A stretch of DNA of 63,098 nt, filler included, from Saprolegnia diclina VS20 (Eukaryota): the NCBI RefSeq assembly GCF_000281045.1. It is 5 parts of 4 records of this genome, joined end to end, with 100 filler letters (N's around TTAATTAATTAA, not from the genome) between each part and the next. Parts side by side here need not be neighbours in the genome. Positions count along the whole stretch, not along the records: positions 29,570 to 53,433 come from NW_008246224.1; 4 more parts are not named here. One strand, given 5' to 3'. Each line of letters begins with the position of its first letter. The stretch's first letter is position 1. Below the pieces are notes generated by a model, which searched no databases, was not told the DNA's origin, and was given only the letters and a program-made list of their open reading frames with translations. A program made the position numbers and the translations under genes. Shown one piece after another: positions 34,125 to 46,968 of this stretch.

Positions 34125-34335
34125 GGTGGACCAGCTGGTCCAGGACCGTCTCCGCGCCGGCGTCAACGTCCATTGCGTCAACGACGACAACGTACACTGC
34201 GTGCCATCGCCGCCCTCTTCCTCGAATCACGTTGAATAGTTTAGCTGGCGGCCACTGCACCAAGCAGCCTCCAATGGCCAAACGCACACGTCTTGCTTGT
34301 TAACAGTCGAGATGGACTTGGAGCTGGATGCGAAC
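34125..34335 (+). pseudogene. Short ankyrin exon relic
   Basis: LRAGVNVHCVNDD, a GT-AG intron, then WRPLHQAASNGQ; truncated. Confidence 0.55.
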
Positions 34336-34581
34336 TATCGCGGCGTCGCGAGGGTCTGCGTGATTTTTAGGGACGTCACCTTGTAGCAAGCTCGTACTAA
34401 GTAGCTTGTAGTATACTTATACGTTGCAGAGGTGACGATGCGCAGTGTCGATATCGCTTGGTCAGGCAAATGTCCCTTGTGGTCGCTTGGCATGACGAGT
34501 GGCAAATGATAATTTCGTGCGTGGATTGGAGGAAAATCAGCCAATGACAAGGGGGAATGCAAAAGCCGATCATTTTGCAAC

Positions 34582-37500
34582 ATGTTTGGGTTGTGGCAGA
34601 CGCCGGAGCAGACGAAGGCGAGGGAGACGAAGGCGAAGGAGGTGCTCGGACGACGACGCCAATGGTACGATGCTCATGCGATGATGTAGGAAGCGCTTCT
34701 CTACGCTGCACGAGGTGGCAACTTGGCTGCCGTCATCTCCTCTCTCAACGACCGCGTCAACATTGAGTGCTACGACAGCGTACTCTTCCTCCATCGATCC
34801 ACCATGTTTATGGATATGACTATGGGAGTAGAATGGTTGGACGCCACTGCACAAAGCTGCTATGTGTGATCGTTTGGAGATTGTCCGCTTTTTGCTTGAA
34901 AAAGGCGCCAACATCGAAGCCAAATCCACCGTACGTTGTGTGTTGTCCGAAACGTCTTTTCTTCATTCGCAAATTTCACATATTGCGTTTGCATAGTACC
35001 TCGACACGCCACTGCACTATGCCTCGTACAACAATCACGTGGAGATCGTTCGTCTTCTCTTGGCTTACGGCGCCAACGTCAATGCGACAACCAAGGTACG
35101 TTTTCACAAAATCCTCACTCATTTCCATCAAATTTGGACTTGTAGTGGAACCAAACGCCACTCATGCTCGCTCAAGAACAAGGTCACGTCCAAGTCCAAG
35201 AGCTTTTGCAAACCGCCATGGTAAATTTGTTGATGCGCATTTGTTGGACTATCGGAATACAAAACTATACTTGTAGCTTGCCAAGGCTCTGCGCGAAAAG
35301 CGCATTCTGGACGCCAACAGTCTCCTCCAGCAAGAGGCGATGAACGTCAACCATCAGGAGCCGGTGCATATGCCTCAAAGGGCTACGCTTTTCTAAACGT
35401 AAATTTGTAGGACGGAACGACGTTGCTGCATCTCGTACTAGCGATGCAAGATCTCAAGCTGCTTGAAACCATGCTTGAAAACCCCAACCTTGCGATCGAC
35501 GCCACCGACTCGGTACACTAAATACTTCCATTCGATCCCTTTTGACGAAACGAATTAGAGTGGGAGGACAGCACTCGCCATCGCACTTGCTACACGCAAC
35601 ATCGAGGCAGCGTACGCGCTCCTTCAGTCAAACGCGCAGCTTGACGCTGTGGACAAGGTGCACTTTTAACTCTCTTTAGCGATTTCCAACGACATCATAG
35701 GCCATCGTGGCAGGAGTCTTGCGCCACGCAGCGTCGACCAACAACAAAGAGATGGTGGCAGAGCTACTAAAGCACGGCGTGCACCCTGCGACAACCAACG
35801 AGGTACACTCTGCGTCTTCTCAACAGATGCTCACCTCTGTTGTACCATAGAATGGCGAGACGGCGCTTCACTTTGCGGCTGCGAACGGCTACATTGCGAT
35901 CGTTCAAACGCTGCTCGAGAACGACGAGTCTCTGCTTGGTCTTTGCGACCAGGTACGCTGACCAACACATTACGCAGCCATATATATTGTGCGATACAGA
36001 ACGACGTCGCAATGAAGGGCCACAAGTGCATCGACGCCACCAACCAAGTACTTTTCTACACACTCTACCTCTCCTCGTAAGCATCCTTCACATGTGGTGT
36101 AGGCCGGCGAATCGCCCATCTTCGTCGCTGCGGCTGTTGGCCACGCAGACGTTGTCGAAGCACTTGTACAAGCCAACGCCAAGCCCCACCGTGTTTCCAA
36201 CGTACTCTGAATGACCTATTTCAGATATGAAAAGGCCCCACGTCGGGTGTAGGATGGCTCGACGCTGTTGCACGCGGCCGCCGTCGGTGGCAACCCACGC
36301 GTTCTTGGATTTGTCCTACCCTTGTGTCGTGATGGCTTGGAGACACGTGACGAGGTGCGCGTCATTGTCTGCGATTCACATATAGCCAATGACGTCGTAC
36401 TTCATGTAGATGGGACGCACGCCCTTGTTTGTGGCGGCCGAGAAGGGCCACGTCGATGCCGTCACGGCCTTTCTCGAAGCCAAAGCCAACATCTTTGCTA
36501 TCAACAAGGTAGATTCTGTGATGCACAATAGTCCAAATACTAAATAGGTAAGAATCTAGGTCGACAAGACGACCGTGCTCATGGCGGCGACCACTAACCC
36601 CAATGAATCGGCTGTCGAGGCGATTCTCAGCCACCTCGTGCCGACGTTGACCTTGAACGATGCGTCATACAAGGCATTGACGGCGCATCGCAAGGAGCTG
36701 GTCGCGGCCCAAGCGTATCTCAACCAGCGCAACGCGGTAAGAGTCCTTACCTCCACATGTAAACTTACTATATGCGATGCACCATTAGGGACGCCAGACA
36801 GCCTTCGCCCTCGCGTCGGGCAATGTCCTCGATCGCTTGCCAACTCAAATGGAGATCTTTGCGGCCAAACGATTGCGCGTGGACCAGGCCATGCAGCGCA
36901 AGGTACACTTGATCCTTCTGTCGAATGAGGTAGATGCGAATAGGAGGCAGCTTTGGCGACTGCGATCTCGACCTGCGACTGGACGACGACCTCAGCGCTC
37001 TTGGTCGATGGCGTCCCGGTCCGAACGAATCTTGATCGAGTTCGTAGCCCACAAACCGACCGCGGCCATTGCTAAATGCACGGTGTAGGAGACACTTTTG
37101 GCGGCGATCGCTACAGAAGACAAGCCGGAGCTCCTCCACTCGCTCGTGGCGATGGCGGTTTACACGGATGACGTCCTCCTGCTCCGATCGGGGCTTCTCG
37201 CCACGCCCCTTTGTCACGAGGTATTTGATGAAATGGATTCGGCTCACGCTACATTTTGTCTTGTGATTTGTAGACGCTTCAAAAGGCGCTTGCGGATGCT
37301 GTTGCCAGCAACAAGACGCGCATCGTGATGGACCTGCTTCGCACTTTTCCGGACGCCGTGCACGGGACACCCTCGGTACGCAGTACTCGCCCGATTCTAT
37401 ATCGGTTGGATACCACTATCTGCGTAGAAGGGGCCGTCGCCGCTGCATTTCGCTGCTCAAGCTGGCTCGATGGCTTTGCTCGGCATGCTAGTGAGCAGTC

Positions 37501-39166
37501 CCCGCACCAACATTGATGCAGTCAACGAGGTACATTGTCCTACTAACGTTAGTATCGACTCTAATCGGTATGTGTTGACAGGAGGGCTACACGGCGCTTG
37601 CAGTGGCCGTGCAAGCCAACCAAGTCGACGCAGCATTGGTGCTCCTTAGCGTCGGCGCGAATGTGTCGATTTCGCTGCCGGTACGTCTTTTGGTGCAATA
37701 TCTTGAATCACTCTGACGTATACACTGTAGGATGGCTCCTCGGTGCTTCACGTTGCTGCCAAGCTACCTAACGACGGTGATGATTGGACGTTGCTGCACG
37801 CCACTTTGAAGGCGCCGAGCCTCAACATTGACCAATTCGACACGGTGCGTCTTGGTTCTCCTCGTATGAATCTCAAATTATGCGTTTTCAGGACGGGTGT
37901 ACGGTGTTGGCCCGCGCCGTCCTCGCCGAGCGCGAGGACCTCGTAGTTCTCCTTGTCGAGGCCGGTGCGGATGCCACGCTACCCATGCGGGTGTGTACAC
38001 AAAACCGTATTTTTGATGGCGACACGTTAATATACCTATGTAGAACGGACAAAGTTTGTCCATTTTGGCGACGGCCGCCCAACGTCGGCACCAAGGCATT
38101 GCGACGTACCTCAACGAACGAGTGTATCCGGCAGCCGCCAAGGTATAAAAGAGTGGCAATCGTTTTTGCTCAAGTGATATATACAAAGGTTACGATGGCT
38201 GCAATCGTCCAGCACGAAGCGTTGGGCAAGGGTGGCAATGGCCAAGTGTTTCGTGCGACGTACCAAGGCCGCGACGTCGCCCTCAAGGCGGCGAGTCGTA
38301 GCTCAGTCTACGCAGCACGTGCGATGCGCGAAGAAATGATCAACACTGCAGCGTATAACTCTCCGCTCTCTTCTTCCAGTGCTTTACATGCATGTAGGTG
38401 TCGATGCCCGCATGTTGTACCGTTTTTGGCGGCCGTCGACCATGCCTCAAACACGCCAAGGATGGTCGTCGAGCTCATGGACCTCGGTGACCTGCACGTG
38501 CAGCTGGCAAAGAAGCGCGAGGTCGAGTCCGTCGAGTTGCCCTTTACGAAGATGCAAGTGGCGTGGGCGATCGCGAATGCCCTTCAAGTGATCCACGGTC
38601 TTGGCAAGGTGCACCGCGACGTCAAGAGCTTGAACGTCTTTCTCTCATCGATCCATGGCGTCAAGCTCGGCGACTTTGGCACGACCGAGACGCTTCGCAC
38701 GCTCATGACCGGTGACAAGGGCACGGTTCTTTGGACCGCACCCGAGGTGTTTCGCCAGCGCGGCTCGACGTATGAAGAAGACCGCGCGTACGGGACGGCG
38801 GCCGACATTTACTCGTTTGGCGTCGTCTTGTCCGAGTTGGCGTCAGGCAACGAGCCGTACGCCGAGCTCACATGCGGCGTAAGGAGTATCACCGACAAGG
38901 TGTGTGCGAACGATCTTCGTCCGAGTCTCGGCCAAGCCTGCCCGCACTGGCTCCGCAAGCTCGCGACTGCATGCTGGGCGAAAGAACCATCGCGTCGCCC
39001 GACCGCCAAGCAGATTATCAAGTTTCTCGCCAAGCGCCTTGACGATCCTGATCTCGATCACGCGTTTGACGACGATGACGACGACCTCACGCCCGACGCG
39101 ATGATGGCCGATACGACCGAGAAGCCGCCCGCGGACGACCTCTTCTCGATCAGCGAGGAGCCCTAA
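34582..39166 (+). CDS. Ankyrin-repeat + TKL kinase gene (~25 exons)
   Basis: ATG 34582 after TCATTTTGC. Phase-0 ANK exons (34832-34930, 34997-35095, 35851-35952, 36103-36201, 36410-36508, etc.). Intact kinase LGKGGNG, VALK, HRDVKSLN, DFG, APE, DIYSFG. Confidence 0.88.
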
Positions 39167-39369
39167 GCAAGTGACGTACGCAGTGACAACGTTTTTGCAT
39201 GGAAAATACGCTACGAGTTTGAATTCTGCAGTGTGTTGGTGTCTTTTATTTGGACTGAAGTGCTCTGCGACTCGGGTCCTTGGTGCAGGCAAATCCAAAG
39301 TCTAGTATTCTGCTGCGGCAAACGTATACGACGAATTTATAGTTTCCTCTCATGTTCGCTGCTTGACCG

Positions 39370-39630
39370 ATGGATGGCTTGCGTCGGCACCGGTGGTATT
39401 GGGCGGTCGTACGGTCTGCCCACCAACTTTTACTCGTTTAGAGTGACCGAGCTCGACGCCGCGAGACGCCGTATGCGGATGTCGGCGACAAGAGTTCAAT
39501 TCCCGAGCAAGCAAGTGACGGCAAACTGCGTCCGAATATGAGTAACAACTGCGCGACGTGGCTCAAGGCGCTCGCAGAACGGGGCTTGGCGCCCGACCCG
39601 GACGGCCGACGATATCATTGCGACCTTACT
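39370..39630 (+). pseudogene. Kinase C-lobe relic
   Basis: Frameshifted shards YGLPTNFYSF, TELD, TPYAD, GKLRP, CATWLKALA and TADDII, colinear with the end of the upstream kinase. Confidence 0.6.
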
Positions 39631-39799
39631 CGCCTATTTTGACCAATCCAATCATCAGGAAATGATAGATCCAATGTAATTGGCGGAGACGTGTGCTTGC
39701 TGCGCATTCATTGGAGGAGACGGCGAACTTCGACTTGTGCATCACGAAAGAAAGGCAACACAGGTGACTGCATCATTCATTTGTCAAGCTTGCCGCAAT

Positions 39800-41245
39800 A
39801 TGGCACAAGAGCCATGCTTGCTGCCAGAGGCGCTCGACAACATTGCCCGCTTCATCAACGACCGGCATACGCTCCAAGCCTTCTTCGCTGCCGTGCCAAT
39901 GCCAGAGCCCGCCGCCTTGCACGACCTCGTCACAAACCCCGACGCGTCGATCTTCGTGATGGATCGGCCCACGATCGTGCTGTACAGCGCGCCAGAGCTT
40001 GCGTCCACGGTCGCGCGTCTATATGCGCTCTTGTCGCTGCGGCCGTCGCTTTTGGTGGTGGTAAACAGTGGCACCAACCTCGACTACCTTGGCCCGCTCC
40101 TGCCCAAGGTCACGGCGATGACAGTCGAGATGCACACGGCGACGCCGACCGATGAGACGACGTGGGTGCGTGCAATTGTGCGGCGGTGCCCGCACCCCAA
40201 CGAGCTGCACGTTCATCTCGCGGTGCGCCACAAGTTGGTTGCCCCACGGCTGCCGCTCCTGGCCTTTCCTGCGCTGCGGTTCTTGACACTGCGGACGAGG
40301 GTGCCCCTGGATGGGGCGTCTATCGCTACGATCCATGCGTGGCTTGAGCGGGGCACGGCCGTTGGCTTGTCCCTCGACGACGTTCATTTTCGGGAGGCGG
40401 ACGCGCGCGCGCTGTGCGACGCCTTGCACGCGTGCCACTCACTGGTCGAGCTCCATCTGATCGACGTGGCCTACCTCACGCTGGCCATGCTGGGCGCTCG
40501 GCCGTTGCCGTCCACCCTCCGCGTCTTTACGTACAACAGGCTTTATGTCCGTGCGACGCCATCGCCGCTGCTCACAGCGCTGCGCAGTGCGAACCAGCTC
40601 CACACACTCGACCTCTCGGGCGGCGGCCATGTGATCCCGGGTGCGATCGCAGAGCTGCTGCCGCATTTCCCACACCTTCGGACGCTCGACTTGTCCGGGC
40701 ACAAATTTGAGCCGCAAGATGACATTTTGCACCTCATTACTGCGATGGCCAAGGTCCGCTCGCTCGAGCAAATCATGCTGCGCCGATGCGACCTTCCAAA
40801 CGAAGCGATTTCTGCGCTTATCGAATGCATCCCAGCATGGACGTCGCTGCGCCGCCTCGATCTCGCAGGTGTACGCCGTATTCGCGCGCCGCAGCTCCAG
40901 ACGATGCTGTCGGTGCTGCTAGGATGTCCCCACTTTGCTATTCTCGGCTTGCGCTTTCCACTGTTCACGGACGCGACGTGGCGCAACATCGTCCCAGCGC
41001 TCGGCGCCGGTCTTCTGCACTGGCGGCGTCTTGTATTTAGCGAGTGCCAACCCACCGCTGTCCAAGTGCTGCAGCTTTTGCGTCGTCTCTTGGAGCACAA
41101 CCAAGAACCGTTTAGCGTGACTTGCGGCAAGGGCTACTCGGAGTATGCGTTGCAAGCCGCGTATTCTGGGCTGCTTCACGAACTCGGTCCTTTGCAGCCG
41201 CCAATCCAGGCCTCTCCATGTGTCATTGCTATTGAAAAAGTTTAG
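39800..41245 (+). CDS. RNI-like leucine-rich repeat protein with F-box-like N-terminus
   Basis: Intronless ORF with LLPEALDNIARFI near the start and LxxLxL repeats (LHTLDLSG, LRTLDLSG, LRRLDLAG). Confidence 0.78.
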   Translation: MAQEPCLLPEALDNIARFINDRHTLQAFFAAVPMPEPAALHDLVTNPDASIFVMDRPTIVLYSAPELASTVARLYALLSLRPSLLVVVNSGTNLDYLGPLLPKVTAMTVEMHTATPTDETTWVRAIVRRCPHPNELHVHLAVRHKLVAPRLPLLAFPALRFLTLRTRVPLDGASIATIHAWLERGTAVGLSLDDVHFREADARALCDALHACHSLVELHLIDVAYLTLAMLGARPLPSTLRVFTYNRLYVRATPSPLLTALRSANQLHTLDLSGGGHVIPGAIAELLPHFPHLRTLDLSGHKFEPQDDILHLITAMAKVRSLEQIMLRRCDLPNEAISALIECIPAWTSLRRLDLAGVRRIRAPQLQTMLSVLLGCPHFAILGLRFPLFTDATWRNIVPALGAGLLHWRRLVFSECQPTAVQVLQLLRRLLEHNQEPFSVTCGKGYSEYALQAAYSGLLHELGPLQPPIQASPCVIAIEKV

Positions 41246-41288
41246 TTTAGCTTAATCCATCGTTATTGTATCAAGTTTCTTTCATCAT

Positions 41289-44200
41289 TTATTTGCTTGC
41301 GGCTTGGTACGTCGACGTTTGGAGCGTCACGGATAAGCAAGGTGCCCGGTCGAGTGGGATAAGATCTGAAAGCAGAGTTAATCGACGGCCGTCACCGACG
41401 TCTCGACGGAGCGAAAACGGCGTCGCGATACTATTGTCTCCAAGTCTTCGCGCTTGATGTTCGATAGCATTTTGTAAAGTCGTCTGCAATGGCGTTGAGA
41501 AACGCGGCTTGAGCAAGTGCAATCTCAAAATATTGCACAAAATATAGTACAAAAATATATAAATTGAGGAGCCTCTATAGCCGTTGGTGAGCGATCGCTC
41601 GGAAGCGCTGCAGCCGCACGACCTAGAGATAGAAATATAGCATGCAACAACGAATCGCACCAGAGATATGTACTTGATCTGGCGATGATGGCGATAGAAA
41701 CTGGCGGTACACTGCGTCCAGCTATTGCCACCAATGGTCGTGTCGATGGCATTGCTCCAGAGACGCTTCATTCTCTACCTCGTCTGGTGACGGCTCGACG
41801 TCCAGCGTCTCTTGCAGCATACGTTTGACGTCTTTTCGGTCAAAGTACCCTTTCTCGTCCATATCAAAGCGTTTAAAACTACGGTAAATCTCTTGGTCGC
41901 CCTACATTCCATTTCATTTCACTTGATGCGACTATGTATCCAACAACATAAGGGATGTACCTGGGACTTGCCGGGTACGACGTTGTCGACCAAGTCTTCG
42001 AAAAGATCGACGGGCGACCGCGGCAGAAGATAGGTCACGAGCGCGCCATAGTCGACAAAGGGCTCGCCCGAGAGCGTCACGCCAAACCGGTCGTGCATGA
42101 CGCGGAGCTCCCACGCTTGCAGTTGCGTGCGGAAAATCTGTCTCATTATTTACAGACAATATTGCGTGGCAAAATGGAAGTACCTTGAAAAACGCATGTT
42201 CAAAATCCGGGGCAAGGCGTAGTCGGCCGTGGTGGTCGGGATCCCGCGCTTGAAACAGCGTCAACACCTCTAGCCATGCATCAATCTATCAATATATCAA
42301 GCGCATCGGTCTACCAGAGAATGATGCAATCGACTGCAAGTGCTGCTTCAGACCCGGCCAATCAAATATGACATCGGCCACGTCGGTGAGGCCCACAGTA
42401 CCATCCGACCTACACATTGGTTTATACCAAAGGTACATAAATCACAGAATAGGTCGAACGCTTCAAGGAGCTCCAACATCGCCAAGAGCTTGTCGTGCTT
42501 GACTGTCGTGTACTGGTCGGCAATGGGCCAGAGGACGTCGCACAGCTGGCGCGACGAGAGCCGGCCACTGCCGTCGTCGGCGTCGTCGAAAAGGACATGC
42601 AGAGGGATCTATCGTTGGACACATTTGTCCTTTCTCCAATTTTCGAAATATTTCTGCAAACCGAATGCGTGGTGATCGCATGACGCAGCCGACGGACGAT
42701 GTCGGCCATGTCCGACCCTACTTGCGCCAGTCTTTTCAGATAATGTTGCCAGATGTAGCCTTACGCAGTGGCGCTTTAGTGCGCTTGGAGGGACTCATCG
42801 AACGTCGAGGTGGCGGCGACTTGCGCGGGCTGGCGCGCCGTGCCTTGGGACTTGGCACCGGAAGCGGTCGCACGGCCCCCGGGTGCACAGCATCGTCGTC
42901 GTCGCTCTCAAACCGCTTGGCCGTACCAAAGGTCGTCGTCTGGCCTTTGTGAGACAAGAGATCCCAGAGTCGCTGCAGGCGAATTTGGCCATTCCCCGCC
43001 TACATTCAGATTCAGATTCGGATTCGGATTCGAGAATTTTATTGTATAGACTATTGTACCGTGTCGAGAGCCACAATCATATCGTCGAGCTCGTCTTCGG
43101 TCCACTCCATCGGGGACGTCAAGAGCTCGATCGCGCTCACCGCTTGACGTGGCGTGAGATAGCTAGCATTTTTACATTCAGTTTGAGATTCAAAAAATAG
43201 GATAATACCCGGAGTACGGCGCCGCAAATTCCTCAAAGGCCGACTTGACTTCGGCGCGGGCGACATGAACGTGCTTCAACTTGGCCATATACGATGGACG
43301 CATTTCCTTGCGCGTCGGCGACGGACTCAACCGTCGGCGGGGACTCGGGCTGCGAGCCGGTTTCCGCGGGCTGGAAGAGCGCGGCTTCGACTTTGTCGGA
43401 CTGGCCTGCTTTGTGGTGCTTCGACTTTTTCGAGGACTGACGCGCCGAGCGTCATGAGGGACGTGCGGGAACACGTGCTCGTAGAACGCATGCATGTCAA
43501 TCTCATCTTCAGCGCCGCGCTAGAATATCACAATTTTGAGCTAAAACTACAAAATTACGAAAAGAGCAACTGTGGTACCTGGTACAAGGTCTGGATGACC
43601 CACGCAATCTCGGCGGCGGACCAGTGATTGCCAAGGACGCGATGGAGGTCGTGCTCTGAGATGCTAAGGAGGTTCGTAAAATGGTAAAAGGATGTCATCG
43701 AGAGATTTGAAGTCGCACTGCGTATGGTCGACGCTGAGCTTTTGAAAAATCGCGTGTAGTTTGTCATAGACGCGCGCCTCAGTCGTCGTGTCGTGGTAGA
43801 GCTTGGCTTGGAGAGCCGCCCAAGGGTTGGGTGTTTTCAGACTCATCTTGGCACTGGCCGATCTAGACACGGTTTCATCATTGGTCCATCGCAATGACGA
43901 TTTGACTACCGTGGTGTAAACACCTTGGCAGGCGGCGCACAGAGCGCATCGGCCATTGCGTTGTACTGGACGCATTGATTCTACGTATTAAACGGGTTTA
44001 TATAACCGTTTGGTGGAATGGGCCGACGACGTACCTCGGTGTAGGGCTGCAAAAGTGCCGTGAGCTCTGTCATCGAGAGCGTGTGACATGGAAACGACTG
44101 CAAGATCGAGAGACACGCTACATAACACAAATTTTGTGAATCCAATGTCCTTCTTTCTGCTCAGTGCATCAGAATCAAATTTGAAAAGGAACGTACCCGC

Positions 44201-45795
44201 AAGGGCAATGCACCCATCGTCTTCAAAGTCAAAGAGACTGCATTGCTGGAGAAGGCTCCGGTGGGAAATACGGTGCGTGCGAAAAGCCTCGCGAAGTTGC
44301 TCCAACGGCGTTGTATGGGGCTTGGACCCGAGTTCGTGTGACGTGGTGACCGTCGGACGCACTTGAAAGCGCAGGTGGTCGCGCATCTATTTCAACGCAA
44401 CCTTTGTGTTGGGGATCGGCGCTAACCAAACGCACCGCGTCCACAAGAGCTCGAATGTCGACATGTGTGGCGTCCGACATGGGAAAGCCGACGCAGAGGT
44501 CGTAAAAGGCATCGGGCAGTATCTATACAATAGCGTCAATTTCTACGATAAGAAATGGTTTCAAAATAATGGTATTTACGCGAAAACGAACGAGCGACTG
44601 GAGAGTTGACAGCACATGATCGACGTGCTGGTAGGGTTCCTTGGCTTGGCGTACGAGCAGCTAGTGCACATGTCGTCATTGCACCTGTAGACTGAAAAAG
44701 AAAACGAGTACCTCCCTCGCATGCTGCACGCCGTCCCTACAGATTATATTCTTTAGGTGCAATATAAACAGCAACAACGTACGCGCCGAGTGCCCTAGCA
44801 ATGTCGGCGAGCAGAGGTTCCTCGACTGTGAGCGGCAGCGATGGTTTCCGAGGTGGCTATTCCGTCATTGTAAAGCTCGGTGGAGAAGTGCGACTTGCAA
44901 AAACTCGTACCGCGCTTGGTGGTGGCGTCACGGGCAGTTGCTGCGCTTTGTGAACACGGTGCTTGGCCGTGGGCCATAGCACCAAGCTGTCCAACGCCGC
45001 CGCCATATCGACCACATACTCGCCTACGCATCGCCATTTGCTGTTAAAACACATTAGACAATGAAAGTACCCTTGTGTTTGGAGGCAAAACCGCGTAGAA
45101 AGCGCTGCATGGCGGGTGTCAAAGGGTCCCGCGCACTCGGCTCGAGATCGTTGAGCACTGAATAGTGTCTTAGACAACGTCGTGCAAGGCTTTGTACCGT
45201 GGCAGACGTGGTCGAGTGGCAAGAATTGCACTTGTTTCTTGCACTTGCCGCGATAAAACCGCTCCAACAGCTGTTGTTCTAGCACCGCGCGATCCTGATC
45301 CAGGTCATGGTTTATATAAATGACTCACTGGAGTAGGTGTACACGTCCGCAATGCGGTAGAACCAGTCGTCTACGTCCAGCGCTTGCTTCATCGTCAGCG
45401 GATCGTCTCTACGCCAATTTGAACGTCACAAATATTACATGCAAGATCGCACGGAATGGGCTCGGGCTCCGTGTCGGAGCGGTCGTCGGAGCGTGCAGTA
45501 GAGCTACTGTGCGAAATTTGACCAAAGATCAACAAAATTGTCAAAGAACATGTACCTCGGGCTGCTACGCCGACTGCTGCCACGGCTGGAGGACGCCGTC
45601 GAAAGTGGCGGGTCGAGCTGCCCGCAGAGTGCGCGAATCTGGGCCTCGCAGTGCTACAATCGGGATCGTACATAAATGGAGAGATGTGTGTCTACGTGGG
45701 TGCGTTCGCGCACTTGTTGCTTGAGGCGCTGGAGCTCGGACGACCGCAGCCGACTGCTCTTGGTACTCTTCATACGCGACCACGATTATGGTCAT
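41289..45795 (-). CDS. Long multi-exon protein with several EF-hand-like motifs and S/P/R-rich linkers; boundaries and number of genes uncertain
   Basis: Spliceable segments FDFEDDGCI, LDTAGNGQI, FDDADDGSGRL, RDPDHHGRL and FKRFDMDEKGYFDRKDV, with SPR-rich repeats and many short GT-AG introns. Confidence 0.55.
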
Positions 45796-46968
45796 CTTGG
45801 GACGCCCATCTATTTTTAGATTTAGAGTGGCGTCGATTTAGTTGTTGACGTGAGTCGACTAGTAAAATAGTTACGTGGATCTATGTCCGGATGTCGAACC
45901 TCATCTAGGCCGGCGGAGGCAGGAGCGCGATCCGCGGGACAAGGTGCTGGCGCGGGCACTCGTGTTGGGCGAGGAGCCGGAGAAGACGACGAAGAGCCAA
46001 CTGCCCAGGGTTCGATTCCCGGCCGGAACCTCTTTTCTAATCCTCATTTTCTGATAAGAGCGTCGCAACGGGCTCTGTTCGAATATGCTAGGAGCAGGTC
46101 TCGTAGCCCTGATCTAGATCCGAAGACCATACAGTATATATGCTACNNNNNNNNNNNNNNNNNNNNNNNNNNNNNNNNNNNNNNNNNNNNNNNNNNNNNN
46201 NNNNNNNNNNNNNNNNNNNNNNNNNNNNNNNNNNNNNNNNNNNNNNNNNNNNNNNNNNNNNNNNNNNNNNNNNNNNNNNNNNNNNNNNNNNNNNNNNNNN
46301 NNNNNNNNNNNNNNNNNNNNNNNNNNNNNNNNNNNNNNNNNNNNNNNNNNNNNNNNNNNNNNNNNNNNNNNNNNNNNNNNNNNNNNNNNNNNNNNNNNNN
46401 NNNNNNNNNNNNNNNNNNNNNNNNNNNNNNNNNNNNNNNNNNNNNNNNNNNNNNNNNNNNNNNNNNNNNNNNNNNNNNNNNNNNNNNNNNNNNNNNNNNN
46501 NNNNNNNNNNNNNNNNNNNNNNNNNNNNNNNNNNNNNNNNNNNNNNNNNNNNNNNNNNNNNNNNNNNNNNNNNNNNNNNNNNNNNNNNNNNNNNNNNNNN
46601 NNNNNNNNNNNNNNNNNNNNNNNNNNNNNNNNNNNNNNNNNNNNNNNNNNNNNNNNNNNNNNNNNNNNNNNNNNNNNNNNNNNNNNNNNNNNNNNNNNNN
46701 NNNNNNNNNNNNNNNNNNNNNNNNNNNNNNNNNNNNNNNNNNNNNNNNNNNNNNNNNNNNNNNNNNNNNNNNNNNNNNNNNNNNNNNNNNNNNNNNNNNN
46801 NNNNNNNNNNNNNNNNNNNNNNNNNNNNNNNNNNNNNNNNNNNNNNNNNNNNNNNNNNNNNNNNNNNNNNNNNNNNNNNNNNNNNNNNNNNNNNNNNNNN
46901 NNNNNNNNNNNNNNNNNNNNNNNNNNNNNNNNNNNNNNNNNNNNNNNNNNNNNNNNNNNNNNNNNNGG

